From assembly GCF_006345805.1 (NCBI RefSeq), contig NC_043006.1, positions 71,858,001 through 71,922,000 of the forward strand: a DNA stretch of 64,000 nucleotides. The letters are read 5' to 3'. The notes under the pieces were generated by a model. The model was not told the DNA's origin. It searched no databases and saw nothing but the letters and a program-made list of their open reading frames with translations. Below, one piece after another: positions 26,313 through 39,934 of the stretch. Source of the DNA: Octopus sinensis. Taxonomy: Eukaryota. Position 1 is the first letter of the stretch. Every line of letters begins with the position of its first letter. Both the position numbers and the translations under genes were made by a program.

Positions 26313-29300
26313 CCAACCAGTACCAACCTAGATGACAAGTTCAAGTTTTACTGAGGTCAACTTTGGAGACAATAAAGGAAGTACCTTTGAGGCCTTGGGA
26401 CCAACAAAGTACTAGCTATTACTATGGTCCGTTCTCTGTCCTCCTCTATAAGGAAGAAATTGACTGTGTTCAGGTCTGTAGAAGGATAGGTTTCACCAGG
26501 TATAAAATGAAGATACATCGTATATCATGGCAGTGGCCCCTACAACTCTAGCAAGAGTTAAGGGCATCAAGTAAGGCATCATCATCCTCATTTAATGTCC
26601 ATTATTCCATGCTTGCATGGGTCAGATGGAATTTCTTGAGGCAGATTTTTCATAGCTGGATGCCTTTCCTGTCACCAACCCTCACCTGTTTTGAAGCAAA
26701 GTACTATTTCCCATGACCAGACATGCTTTTCACTGATTGGAAATGAACACTGCTTGTATAACAGTGATGCTCATTTACATCCATCATGTAATTTAAGGCA
26801 TAGGTACAAACACACAAAAATATACAGATATATGCATAAATGATGGGTTTCTTTTCAGTTTCCTTTTACCAAATCTACTCACAAGGTTTTGGTCAGTCTA
26901 AGACTACAGGTGTTGGGCAGTGAGATTGAACTCAAGACAACATGGTTGGGAAGCAAACTTAACCACATAGCCATACCTGCTCCTAGACTCTTGATAGAGT
27001 TGTTAGCTAATGTGAAGGCTTACGATCATGAGGTTGTGAGCTCGATTCCCAGAGCAGGCTGCATATTGTGTTCTTGAGCAAGATACATTATTTCACGTTG
27101 CTCCAGTTCACTTGGCTGTAGAAATGAATTGTGATGTCACTGGTACCTAGCTGTATCGGCCTTTGCCTTTCCTTTAGATAACATTGGTGGCGTAGAGAGA
27201 GGAGGCTGGTATGCATGGGCGACTGCTGGTCTTCCATGAACAATCTTGCCCGGACTTGTGTCTCGGAGGGTAACTTTCTAAGTGTAATCCCATGGTCATT
27301 CATGACCAAAGGGAGTCACCCTAGCTCAAAGACACAACAAGCAGGGAGATCAGTGGTTTACCTCTTGTTACTTGCACTGCATTGTGTTTATGGCCAAAAT
27401 ACTCAACACTCCATGCTCCCAGTTCATCTAGCTGTAAGAGGATACCACAAGCTGGTTCAGATTACCATTGTAACCAGCAACCACAAAATAAAATTGACAA
27501 ATAATTGTAAATTTCTCCAAGAAGAAAACTTACCTAGGATAAGCTGGTTTTTGTATCCAGAGTGAGATTTGTTCAGCATTCAACTGAATGCTACAACTAA
27601 TGAAGATATAGACAAAGCCTTGTGAGTGGATTTGGTAGGCAGAAACTGAAAGAAGCCCATTGTATATATATGTGTGTGTGTTTGTCCCACCACTATCGCT
27701 TGACAACTGGTGTTGGTGTGGTTACATTCCCATAACTTAGCAGGTCAGCAAAAGGAACCGATAGAATAAGTACTAGGCTTACAAAGAATAAGTCTTGGGG
27801 TCGATTTCTTCGACTAAAGTCGGTGCTCCAGCATGGCTGCAGTCAAATGACTGAAACAAGTAAAAGAAAAAAAGATAGCTCTAGATAGTGTGAAAGTCTG
27901 TATAGAGACTAATAGTCATAATCAAACAGTTTCATGTTTATTCATTTTTCTTGAGGCCTAGAATTCATGAAGGTGGTCACTTGGTTCCCATAGAATACCT
28001 GACTGGCTCCCGTGCTGGTGACATGTAATAAGCACCATGCATGGGTCATTGCCAGTGCTGCCTGACTGTCTCCCCGTGTCAGTAGCACGTAAAAAGCACC
28101 CACTACACTCTTGGAGTGGTTGGCATGAGGAAGGGCATCCAGTTGAAGAAACACTGCTAGATCAGATTGGAGCCTAGTGTGGCTTCCCACCTTGCCAGTC
28201 CCCAGTCAAACTGTCAAACCCATGCCAGCATGTAAAACGGACATTAAACGATGAAGAAGATGATGATAATATCACAACATTCATCTGAACAGGAAGTCGG
28301 TCTTTTGCTGGATTCAAGGCCAGCGATTTTGAGAGGAGGGGAAATTGATTACATTGACCTCTGTACTTGATTGGTACTATATTTTATTGGCTTTAAAGGA
28401 ATGAAATACAAAGGTGACTATGGCTGTACTTGAACTCAGCACATCAAATGCCAGAAAAGATCTGACATGCAAATGATTTTGCCAGTTTGTCACCTTTTTA
28501 ATATTTAGCGAAGAACATATGCCGTGCATGCCCTCAAAGTCTTCAACAAAGATGAATAAGAGTATATGTGTGTGTGCGCTTGTACACATATTTATATATG
28601 AAGGGGTTTGAAAAAGAAAATACAAGAGGATCAGATAATTATGATTTTACTTAATCCCCTCTTAGATTCACACACTTCTTGCCACCATCCTCCAGTTTTT
28701 CTAAGCCTTATAAAAAAAAATTCAGAATGGGCCTCCAATGGCCTTTTGTGACACCCTTAAAACCAGGAACTTTTCAGCATCCCCTCGTATATAATGTAGT
28801 CTTCTGGCTTGCCATTTCCTGTCAAAATTGTCCAACTCGTGCCATCATGGAAAATTAAATGATGACAATGATATATATGTGTGTATACATACACACACTT
28901 TTATTTATGGTGGGTTTCCAAAGGCAGAGATTTGGTGATGACACTCTATTTCATAAATGTCATTTTGTGGATAATTCCCTTGTTTGTTGCAAGAGTCCAT
29001 CTTAAGTGGATACTGGTGTTAAAACCAGTTCTCATAAATGGGGCATGGTTAACCCTCTCAAGTATGTAAATACCTAGCTTGTGTAGTAGTTATAGTGTTC
29101 CATGTGAAATATTAAAATGAGGAAGAAAAGCAGAGTAAAAGAACCATTTCAAGGCCTTCATGGAGACATGGGGGCACAAATGCTTATAATAAATTGTATT
29201 CAAATAAAGGCACACCTGGACCAGGTGGTGAAGTTAAGCTAGGTGAGACCATTAAGCCGACCTGAAAAAACTACTTTCCAAGTACTAAACCTGAGATATT

Positions 29301-32300
29301 CTGGTTGCCTTGACAAGTTCCAATGCTCAAATAAATGATCCAAAACTATAACAACTGTTATAATAGGGCAGACATTCACTCAAGATCTTAAGTGAGGTTC
29401 CACATAATATGCATACACTAAACATTAAATAGTATAAGTTAATGAAGTGTTTCCAGGTGGTCACTTGATTGTTAGAAATAGCAACTGAATTTCCTTTGAA
29501 TTAAGTCTCCACCCTTAAAAATAGAATGCACATTTTCTTTTATCCTTGACTCGTTTCAGTCATTGGACTGCAGTCATGCTGGAGTACTGTCTTAAAGGGT
29601 TTTTGTTGATCAACCCCAATACTTATTCTATCTGTCTCTTTTGCCAAACTGCATGGTTATTGGGATGTAAACAAACAAGCACCAGTCAAGCAGTGGAACA
29701 AACATGAAGACACACACATACAGATGTGCATGCATGTGTGTGTGTACGTGATGAGCTTCCACACAGTTTCCATCAACCAAATTCATCCACAAGGCATTAG
29801 CCAGCCTGGGAGCAAGGGTAAAAGTGGAACTGAATCTGAAACTATGGGGTTGCAAAGTGAGCTTCTTAACCACATAGCCATACTGTTGTATAAAGTAAAT
29901 ATATTGTTTAAATAAAAGATGACCAGGGCTGATTTTAGGGATAAAAGTAACAACATTAAATGGGAAAAGTCTTACAACAGACACCAAAGTTATTTGCTTA
30001 ACTCTTTAGCATGGCCTAAATATTTAAAAAGGTTCATGTTAAAACCAGCCAGATCTGGTCTCTCATACCTATCCCATAATGTCATTCTAAAAATAAGCAA
30101 TCACACTATGAAAATGTCTTACCTACAAAATAATGCATGATTAATTCAAAAAATCATCATCATTTAACGTCCGTTTTCTGTGCTAGCACGGGTTGGACGG
30201 TTCGATCGGTGTCTGGGAAGCCAGGAGGCTGCACCAGGCTCCAGTCTGATCTAGCAGTGTTTCTACAGCTGGATGCCCTTCCTAATGCCAACCACTCCAT
30301 GAGTGTGTTGTGGGTGCATTTTACGTGCCACTGGCACAGGTGCCAGGGGAGGCTGGCAGCGGCCACGATCAGTTGGTGCTTTTTATGTGCCACCGGCACA
30401 AGCCAGTCAAGGCGGCGCTGGTATTGGCCACATTTGGATGGTGCTTCTTACATGCCACTGGCACAGGTATCACAACTGCAATTTCCATTTGATATTTATT
30501 TTGATGTTGATGTACTTGACTCAATAGGTCTCCTCAAGCATAGCATTACAATTGAGAGTAATTTGAATGCTAAAACCCACATGCCCATGCATACACACAA
30601 CACATACTGTTTGATTTTATGGCAAAAGCTGCAGTGAAATTGGTGCTAAACATGCCAGTGTATACACTTTGGGATCACACCAACAAGGATGAAACTATTT
30701 TGTCAGTGTTTAGGAAATGTAATCTAATCATTCATGCTAAAAGGAAAATTTCTTCATCATCATTTCATATCTATTTTTCTATGCTTACATGTGTCAGAGT
30801 TTCTTGAGGCATATTTTCTTTGGCCAACCTTCATCCATCTCCATGTAAGGTAATATTTTCTCATGGCCAGTCATGTTTTTCACTGAAGACTGGAAACAAA
30901 CCTCTTCGCTTGTATAACAGTCGTGCTCATTTACAACCATCACATGGCTATACACACAACAGGCTTCTTTCAGTTTCCATCTATCAAATCCACTCCCAAT
31001 GTTTTAGTTGACCAGGGGAAATAGCATAAGACTTTTGCCCAAGGTGTTGTGCAGGAGAACTGAACTTAAGACCAATATGGTTGGGAAGCAAGATTCTCAA
31101 CCACACAGCTATACCTTCAAGAATTTTTATTTAAAATGAAACACTTTAATAAAGTGTGGTTTCAGACAGTTTAGCATTAAAAGATGTTAGAAAAAAATTT
31201 TTTAAATCAATATTTATACAAACCACTAACATAAGTAATGTCAGATTATAGCAACAATTGGAAAAACAAGAAACAATTTGACTTGGAGGATCAGACTTTA
31301 TTTAATAAAAACACTGACTCTGTGTCAATGTCTACATACACACACACACATGCAACATTGTGTCATTCATGTAACATTGCTGTGACACTTGTAACACACG
31401 TAACATCACCAAAACATTGCTATGACACACATGTAATAAATGCTAAAGGATCCACCACCACCGCCACAAAAAAATAAATAAAAAAGAGTATCTATTTTAG
31501 AGATATGCTTATTTACACAAGAATATTTCTGAAGAGAGCAGTAATGTCACTGTAACCCCGCAGGATTGTCGATATAAGGGCAATATCAAAGGATTCATCT
31601 TCACATTGCGATTCAAGGGGATATATATATATAAACCACAACAGTCTCCTCAGAATTCAGTAATAAGCAGTACCTCCACATGGTTCTTATATACAACTAG
31701 GTGAACTGGGCCTTTGACAGTTAGGTGCCTTGGTCAGAGATACAGCAAAGCACCAGTGATGAGGTAGAAGCTACAGGCCCTACAGTTAGTGCACCTAAGC
31801 TGCAATTTAAAGTTATACTTTCTCTCTCATATACATACACATATATATAGTAGAAAAATGAATGGGAATTAGTGCATACAAACATAAGAAAAATGTACCC
31901 ATGCACAAAGTGTAGATCAATATATTTATTCACAGCTGAATCTTCATTACAACTAATTTGAGTTTCATGTTCCAGATCATCAGGTAATAGACATAATAAA
32001 CATTATATATAAATATAGACACTTATATGGATCCAAACATCTCTATGCTAGCATGTATACCTGTCTTATTTTCTTTTAATAGAAGCAATAGCGCTAACAG
32101 TTACTATTGAGTACCAGCTTTCCTGCTACCGACTGTGAAATAAGATTTCAATGAGTCTTCTCTTAGTTGACAAAACTGAAGCAAGAGGTTTATACAGGAC
32201 CAAATCATGCCCAGAATTGTCTCTCGTACAGACCTGATGGAGATCACTTTGGTAGCAGACTTAATCTATTGCCTGATTCAACACCATCTGACAGCTTGAC

Positions 32301-35158
32301 TATTTTTGATATAATCCACTCTATTACATGTATTCAAACCAGATCTCTGTTTTGAGGATACCATCCTCCCTCCTGCCAGTTTTTGAGGCTCTGTTAAAGG
32401 GTCATGGGCACTGCCTTCTCTCTTGACTAAAGACAAACAACAAAAAAGCTAATATCTTTTTCATTATTGCATTAAGCATGACAAAACTGAAGCAAAAAGA
32501 GTTGTCTGTCTTGCTTAAGAGTACAAAACGAGGAACCCTCCATGGTAATATTTAAAACAATCACAAAGTTATTAATATCAGGAATTGACAATTCTGAGCC
32601 AACATTTATATAATATACGAATTATATTTAAACAGTATGAAAAAATGCATTTGTTGTTTTATCAATGAGTTGCCAAAACTGAGGTACAAATGTTTTGTAT
32701 GGTACCTAAATATGAGTATTCTAAATCAGACAGTTGGCCCCAGCCCTGTCGAGGAAATTTTACATTTTAATAAACACAGTTGCACATTTATCTCCTGAAA
32801 CAGCAGCCCCAATTCCCCAAATTCCATTGGAGAATGGACTTTGATAATAAATCTTTAAATTCCAACAACTTATTCCCTTCACTTAAATTTCATGCTCATG
32901 TCTCAATGCCAGTGAAAGGAAACTATTAATTACTGATTCAAGTCCAAATGCTGTTTTCTTCAACCCTTTAGCATTTAAATTGGCCATATCCAGCTCAAAT
33001 AGTCAACCAGTTTTAAGTTCAAACCAACCAGATCTAGTTTCTCATATGTACCCTAAAAGTAAACAATCACATCATTCAAGATCTTAAAGCTACAAGATAA
33101 TTCATAATTCAAAACAATGTAAATAAATAAGAATAACATTTGATAAAGTAATCTGAATGCTAAAGGATAAAATAATATAGAACTAACACCTCTATTACTA
33201 GCAATGAATTTATGTACAGCTCCTTATGACCATGGTTAAATGACAAAACTGTTACATTCTTTCCATGGAATTTGAAATCGGAAACAAACTACAGCTGGAG
33301 TCATTTACATTCCTCCCTCAGACACCATCCTGATAGTAGACTATTAATGGAAAACTAACCAACTTTCAGAACTAAAGAAGACAAAACTAAGCTTCCATTT
33401 TCTGACCAATTCCTCAATAAATCACAAACAACCAGCTTGTCACTAAACTGTCCACCATTAACGTACACTTGTATTTTATTTATTACACCATGTCAGACTG
33501 GTTACTAAACTGTCTGCCACTAAGTCAGTGATTCTCATAAATCAGGGACTGTGACGATTGAAAACAAGACAGAAGACAGACAAATAGCCATGTTTTATAA
33601 AATTAAGATGCTTTACAGACTTGAGAGGATAAACAAATTTAACTAATATTTTAGGAAGGAGGGGAAGCTGGCAGTTACCAGTTTCAGAACCACTACTCTA
33701 ACTTTCACTTTATTTACTAAGCAATATATCCAAACTCATTAATAAACTTTTTCACTACAGACTTATACCTATATTCATCAAACAATATGTGAGATTCATT
33801 ACAAGAGGTTCATTTGGTACTGAAATCCCCTCTCAAGTTTTAGTGAAGCTATGTTAATGTAATTCATCTCCTGGTGATAGTTTCAACAGAAATATGCAAA
33901 CATTAGTATCTCATTGACTATCAAATATAATGAGGCAAGCTGTAGGCCAACAACAGAAAATCATTAACAGTAGAAAATTAAAAACACACCTCCAAAGCAA
34001 GGTACAAACACTACTTGCATAACAACACAAATGCCACTTCCACAGAATCACAACAACAGCTTCCTTCAAGCAGACTGGAGCAGTCAAGGGAAGGAAGCGG
34101 AGGACACAGAGACGGCAAAGAAACAGGTCTCCTTGTCTTTGACTATTTACAGAAATGACTATCACAATCCAAAAACCACTGAAGGATACCCTACACGATC
34201 ATCTGACTTAAATAGCAGCCAAATCTTTTTCAAATCCCACCTTTGCCATTTTTTAAAACAGATGAATGCCATATCACAATGTATTCACACCTCTGATGTA
34301 AACTAGGTTTGCAAAGTCAAGCTGGTCATGGCAAGAATGTCTTTGATTATAGGTCTGAGGTTAAATAAAGCAACTTTATGTTTATATGAGAGAGAAAGAC
34401 AATTCAGACCTAACAACAAGGTCTTATCTGAATTTACTGTGCATTGTTCATTATTAGAGGTAGAAGTAGTGGTGGTGGTGGTTATGGTACCAAGTCATCT
34501 TGGATCGTAGAATGTGACACAGAATCAATAAGTGAAAACCTGGGCCACTAGTTTGAAATTGGTATCTTACTGAATCACCTTATAGGGCCATAAACCTTAG
34601 GACTTGGCAGGTTAACATTCATAAGAAAACTGTCATTCAATTTCTGTAACTTTTCCAATTATAATTCCACAGGTATGTGAATTAAATAAGGTATAATTTT
34701 TTTTAGATAAAGACTTCAACATTTGTTCACTTTCTAATAAATATATCAGTCAATTTGTGGCTAATAGCATATCAATTTTTTTTAGACAATTTTATGAGCA
34801 TATATCAATAAATTTATTTTACCAAAAATTTTACTTTGGTTTGGTCACTCTTCATTGTAAAATTTGTAAAATTCTCGAGAGCTTTACTACAAATTTCATT
34901 GGCATAGGATTTCTCCTGTTATATCAATAAATTAAAAAGTAGATCTAAATCTTCATCAAAAGATCGATTCCATGGAAATGCATATTTCCAAACAATATTC
35001 TTCCTTTGTCAGTGAACTAGATTGTAGCTTGGGAAGATTGCATTAACAACAGCTTAGTAAAATTTCACAGAACATGAAACGGTAAATTGTTCCAACAGGA
35101 CTCCAAAAGGATGGTTTACCACCAATATCACCAGTAGTTCCTCAAACAACATCCGTGA

Positions 35159-37315
35159 TTACTGTACAGTTTCCTCACTATTATTTGTCTCAATCTTTAC
35201 AGTAGTTAATGCTCGGTTATCTGACAGCTGGTTAGTTAATTCTTGATCAACCGATGGCTGGTTAGCTGGTGATTGGTTATCCAACAGCTGGTTATCTACT
35301 GGCTGGTTAGTTACTTGCTGGTGAGCTGCTGACTGATTAGCTAATGACTGGTTCTTCGTGTGAGTCTGTTTGTGGCGAGATAAATTGCTATTCTGGGTAA
35401 AGGACTTACCACAGACGTCGCAATAATATGGTGCTCTCTCTGTGTGAGTCAGTATGTGCCGAGCTAAGGTGTCATAACGTGCAAATGCTTTGCCACAAAG
35501 GTCACACACATATGGCTTAACTCCACTGTGAGTAATCTGATGAGTAGTCAAAGCACCACTTCGTGCAAAACTTTTACCGCAAATGTCACAATGGTATGGT
35601 TTTTCACCAGTATGCATACGTTTATGATAAACTAATGCATTTCTCTGTGCAAATTTCCTACCACAAAAATCACACTCAAATGCTTTCTCACCTGTATGGG
35701 TCCGCCTATGACACTTCAACATACTGTTTTGAGCAAACGTTTTCCCACATATATCGCAATGGTAAGGCTTCTCCCCTGTGTGAATACGTTTATGGCAAAT
35801 TAGAACACGATTTTGAGAAAAAGCTTTGCCACATACATCACAGGAGAATGGTTTTTCAGTAGAATGTGTTAGTTTGTGGCCCCGAAATGAACTTTTGTCT
35901 GAGAATGTTTTACCACAGATTTCACAAGCATAGGGCCGCTCCCCGGTATGGATGCGTACATGAATAGATAAATGATTATTTCGATAGAAACCTTTGCCAC
36001 AGATCTCACAACGATAAGGCTTTATACCAGTATGGGTCAGTTTGTGTCTAATCAAATTGTAAATGTTTGAGAAAGCATTACCACAAAACTCACAGACGTA
36101 TGGCTTCTCTGAAGAGTGAGTCACTTGGTGGGTAGATAAACCACCCTTTCGGGAGAAAGCTTTGCCACAGATGTCACAGTGGTACGGTTTCTCTCCTGTG
36201 TGTGTACGCACATGTGTAGATAAATAGCTGTTTCGAAAGAACCCTTTGCCACAAATTTCGCAACGAAATGGTTTTTCGCCAGTGTGTGTTAATTTGTGGG
36301 TTGTTAGGGACCCGTTTTGTGAAAAGGTTTTGCCACAAATGTCACAGTTGTAAGGTTTCTCACCTGTATGAATGCGACTGTGACGAGATAAATATGTATT
36401 TTTTGAGAATTTCTTACCACAAATGTCACAGGCATATGGTTTGACTCCAGTATGAATCATCTGGTGAGTGGCTAAAGAACTGCTATGAGAGAATGTTTTG
36501 CCACACACGTCACAGTTGTAAGGCCGCTCACCTGTGTGTATGCGTTTGTGAGCAGCCAACTGACTGCTCCAGGCAAATGTCTTGTTACAAATATCACAAG
36601 TAAACTCCTTCTCTTTATCATGATTATGCTTATGGCGGAGGTAAGACCGTTTTAGAGAGAAAGACTTATCGCACATTTCACAGTGAAATGGTTTCTCTTC
36701 AGTGTGGCTTGCTTTGTGGAGAGACAGATCAGAATTTAGTGAAAAAGATTCGTTACAAATGTCACAGGTATAAGGTCTCTCTGCTGCATGGACACGGAGG
36801 TGCTTAGTCAAATGAGCACTCTGAGAGAATGCTTTACCACAAAACTCACAGACAAAGGGTCTCTCCCCTGTGTGAATCCGTCTGTGAATGGATAAAGCAC
36901 TGCGATGAGAGAAAGTTTTCTCACAAACTTTACACTGATGAATTTTCACTTTTGTATTTAGACATTTATGTTGAGTGATATCACTTTTAAGAGAAAATGT
37001 TTTCCCACACAATTCGCAATGGTTGGTACTTCCCTTTGACTGACTCTGTTTGTTGCTCACGGTCAACTGGACTCCTTTATACTCACCCAAATTTTCATGG
37101 TTGGACTCTTCTTCTTCTGAGTGAATTTCTTTTCCAGTAGACAACTGGCTATTGTGAGAAACAGACTGACTTTTTGTGTCACAGTTGAATGGTTTCACAT
37201 CTGAATGTGTCTGTCTGGTGTTATTCTCCTCAGAAAATGTCTCATCAGTAATGTCCTGATGGAATGGTTTCACATCCAACAGACTCTCATCTTGACTGTC
37301 CCCACTATACTCCAT
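35159..37315 (-). CDS. C2H2 zinc-finger protein, 718 aa from the first ATG, with 19 C2H2 fingers plus one C2HC finger and TGEKP-type linkers
   Basis: Uninterrupted ORF with tandem CxxC-12-HxxxH units. First in-frame ATG is at 37315 (the ORF track starts at a TTG, 37345). Candidate acceptor tttattgcaacaag| at 37336. Single-coding-exon multi-finger genes are typical of the coleoid C2H2 expansion. Confidence 0.95.
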   Translation of the reverse strand: MEYSGDSQDESLLDVKPFHQDITDETFSEENNTRQTHSDVKPFNCDTKSQSVSHNSQLSTGKEIHSEEEESNHENLGEYKGVQLTVSNKQSQSKGSTNHCELCGKTFSLKSDITQHKCLNTKVKIHQCKVCEKTFSHRSALSIHRRIHTGERPFVCEFCGKAFSQSAHLTKHLRVHAAERPYTCDICNESFSLNSDLSLHKASHTEEKPFHCEMCDKSFSLKRSYLRHKHNHDKEKEFTCDICNKTFAWSSQLAAHKRIHTGERPYNCDVCGKTFSHSSSLATHQMIHTGVKPYACDICGKKFSKNTYLSRHSRIHTGEKPYNCDICGKTFSQNGSLTTHKLTHTGEKPFRCEICGKGFFRNSYLSTHVRTHTGEKPYHCDICGKAFSRKGGLSTHQVTHSSEKPYVCEFCGNAFSNIYNLIRHKLTHTGIKPYRCEICGKGFYRNNHLSIHVRIHTGERPYACEICGKTFSDKSSFRGHKLTHSTEKPFSCDVCGKAFSQNRVLICHKRIHTGEKPYHCDICGKTFAQNSMLKCHRRTHTGEKAFECDFCGRKFAQRNALVYHKRMHTGEKPYHCDICGKSFARSGALTTHQITHSGVKPYVCDLCGKAFARYDTLARHILTHTERAPYYCDVCGKSFTQNSNLSRHKQTHTKNQSLANQSAAHQQVTNQPVDNQLLDNQSPANQPSVDQELTNQLSDNRALTTVKIETNNSEETVQ

Positions 37316-38533
37316 CGTTGCAATGTGAAAATGTTCTTGTTGCAATAAAGACAGTCAATATAAAGGCAGGAGTCAGACAATAAACGCCATGTAGTTAACA
37401 GGTAACATAGTGCTGCAGGATGCAGGGGGAGACAAACAGTCTTGCTACAGCAATTTACTTTCTCAAAAGTCAATGATTCTGTACGTCTGAGACATTCAGA
37501 CAACAAACCAGTTTCCCTTGGCAATTACTACAATAAAAAAAAGAAATAAAATGTGTCACCGCAAATGAAATTTTATAACATTAATATTTATAACAAAAAT
37601 AACATCATAAAAATCCTCATTAACAACACCACTACCAGTAAACAATGGAGTTTCTAATATGGTTGCTCAACTTGCAACAAATAGCAGCCAAGATTTCCTC
37701 AAAACACACCACACTGTCTTGAATAAGAAACACACACATTAATATATACACAAACATGTGATTTATTAATTACATATTAGTACAGGTAATATAATCAGCA
37801 ATTATACTGTACAATCAGTACACAATAATATAGATGTACAAATTTCAAGAAAAGTGTGTACACCAACACATATCAAGCAGGTCACCTATTCAGCATGTTT
37901 TTTTTATTACAATATGTAACAGATATGTTCCTTAGAAGCATATCTGTTAGTATATTGTACAATAATTAATTTATTATATATTATGCATGTAATATTATTT
38001 TGAAGTCTTTTATTCTTTGGTGTAAAGGGAAGGTACTGAGATGGAACGAAATACTACTATGTTTTTCTTAAGCATTCTGACATCTGCTCCATCACACGCA
38101 CATCCAGCAAGACACCATTGTTTTAACGCCTATCAAATTTCACAATCAAGGCTATGTCTGACTACAATCTTTGAAGTGCTACAGTGGTATTGAAACTAGA
38201 AGCACATGATTGTAAATTTCTTAACCAGGTTACCATATCTGCACCATGTTGTATTTTCATGTGTGATTTGGGAAATTTGATTTCAAACTCAACTTTAAAG
38301 AAACTCACCCCACATAGAGATAAATTGTTCATATGTATGGAATGAGTTGTGTCAACCATTGCCTTGAGATAAAATTACACAAATGCTTAAAGTAGGAATT
38401 GGTGGACTGTGTGATCAAGCAGACCTATGACCAATTATTGACACTTACAAAGAACTTATCAAACAGACTAAATAAATGGATGCTACAAATGGCCCTAAAT
38501 GTGAAATGGTAGCAACATATGACAAATCAATGC

Positions 38534-38816
38534 CTTTATGGTGACCTACCAAAAGTTAGAAAGGAGATCAGGCAAAGATGGCTGCAACCATCTGGTTCCA
38601 ATCTGAACTGGAAGCATCCAAATTAGGGTTGTGGAACCCACTTCATGATGATGTGAAATGGGGAAAATGTTATCACACATCAACATCTTGATTGCAGACA
38701 CTGGCCTGGAAAGTATCCGGGACCTTGAGACAGTGATAGTGGACTGAGAAATGTAGTGGGTGGACCTTGTTGCTGCAGCCCAGGTTGGAACCCGGCCACA
38801 ATAAAATAATAATAAC
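38534..38816 (+). mobile_element. RTE LINE 3' end (family 3) with (AAT)n tail
   Basis: LYGDLPKVRKEIRQRWL..LWNP.H..I.DTGL..D.EM.W: an RTE C-terminal pattern distinct from families 1 and 2. Confidence 0.65.
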
Positions 38817-39121
38817 GATCAAAGTTCTTCTAACCATGAATTCCCATTGTTTTCCTTCAGCATGTATCTAGGACTACCTCATCCAATGCAACTTTCTTTT
38901 ATAAGATGATGTAGTATAATCTGAAGTTAACCAACCATATTGATATTCCCTCATTTTCTCAATGCTTCTGAGGTTGGTTAAATGCACAGGCATGGCTATG
39001 TAGTAAGAAGTTTGGTTCCCAACCACATGGTTCCAGGTTAAATCCCACTGTGTGGTACTTTGGACCACCAAAGCTTTGTGAGTGGATTTGGTACACAGAA
39101 ACTGTAAGAAACTTGTAAGAA

Positions 39122-39934
39122 ACACAGGGTGCAATGGGTAAATTGTTGCCATTTTATATTTTTAATTTCACACATGTGCATTGTTAGCTTTTGATTTTGT
39201 AGACTACACAGTATAGTAGGATCAGTTGGGCACTGTCTGGGAGAAAAACAGCACCATGATGCAATTCACTCAGCCAGAAATTTGGAAACGACATGCTGTA
39301 CTGCTTGGCATTCATGCCGGAAGCTCCAGTACAGTGGTGGACACACGGAACAACTGTTGGCTTGCCGTGTCCCCAAAATATGTACTAAGAGTGATAAAAA
39401 TCAAACATCCATTCAACATGTTTGAAGTGATCACTAGTTATGGCGATGTTATGCCTCCATTCATCCTCCCACACAGCCTCAGACTCAACACAGAGACCTG
39501 CATAAAGTGCATGGAGGAGAGTGGCTGCTGGAACACCCTATGTCTGGCAACAGGACTCTGCATCATACCACACAGGCAGGAGAACCCAATCATGGCTATT
39601 AGACAATTTCTGCAACCACATCACCCGTAACATCTGGCCACCTAACTCCCCAGACTGCAACCACTTGATTATTATGTGTGAGGCACAGTTGAGCGAGAGA
39701 CAACAAAACTCCTTGTAACACTAAAGATGAAGTGAAGGCAAGGATTATGGCAGCATTCAACAACTTAAACAAGAAGACTGTGGTTGAAGCCAAAGGTGAT
39801 TTTACTGAATAAATTTACTCTTTAGTATTTCAAGATATTTTTATGTAATTTTGGTAGATATATCTGTTAAAATGAGATGTCAGTGTTATTTTAATTTTTG
39901 CATAATTTAGACAATATATTCACAACATCCTGTA
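39122..39934 (+). mobile_element. Tc1/mariner DD37D (maT-type) relic in the ZNF intron
   Basis: YVWQQDSA..WPPNSPDCN(P)LDYYV with a 1-nt frameshift; 37 residues between the second and third Asp. ACAGGGTG / CATCCTGTA ends. Confidence 0.82.

Noticed and set aside
31665-32450. Candidate minus-strand exons downstream of the ZNF
   Set aside because: Splice signals are plausible but there is no recognisable product or phase chain; needs RNA evidence.
35563-35862. 99-aa plus-strand ORF
   Set aside because: It is the antisense shadow of the zinc-finger repeats.
37316-37345. ZNF N-terminus MQQEHFHIAT from the ORF track
   Set aside because: It starts at TTG and overlaps a candidate splice acceptor; the first ATG is at 37315.
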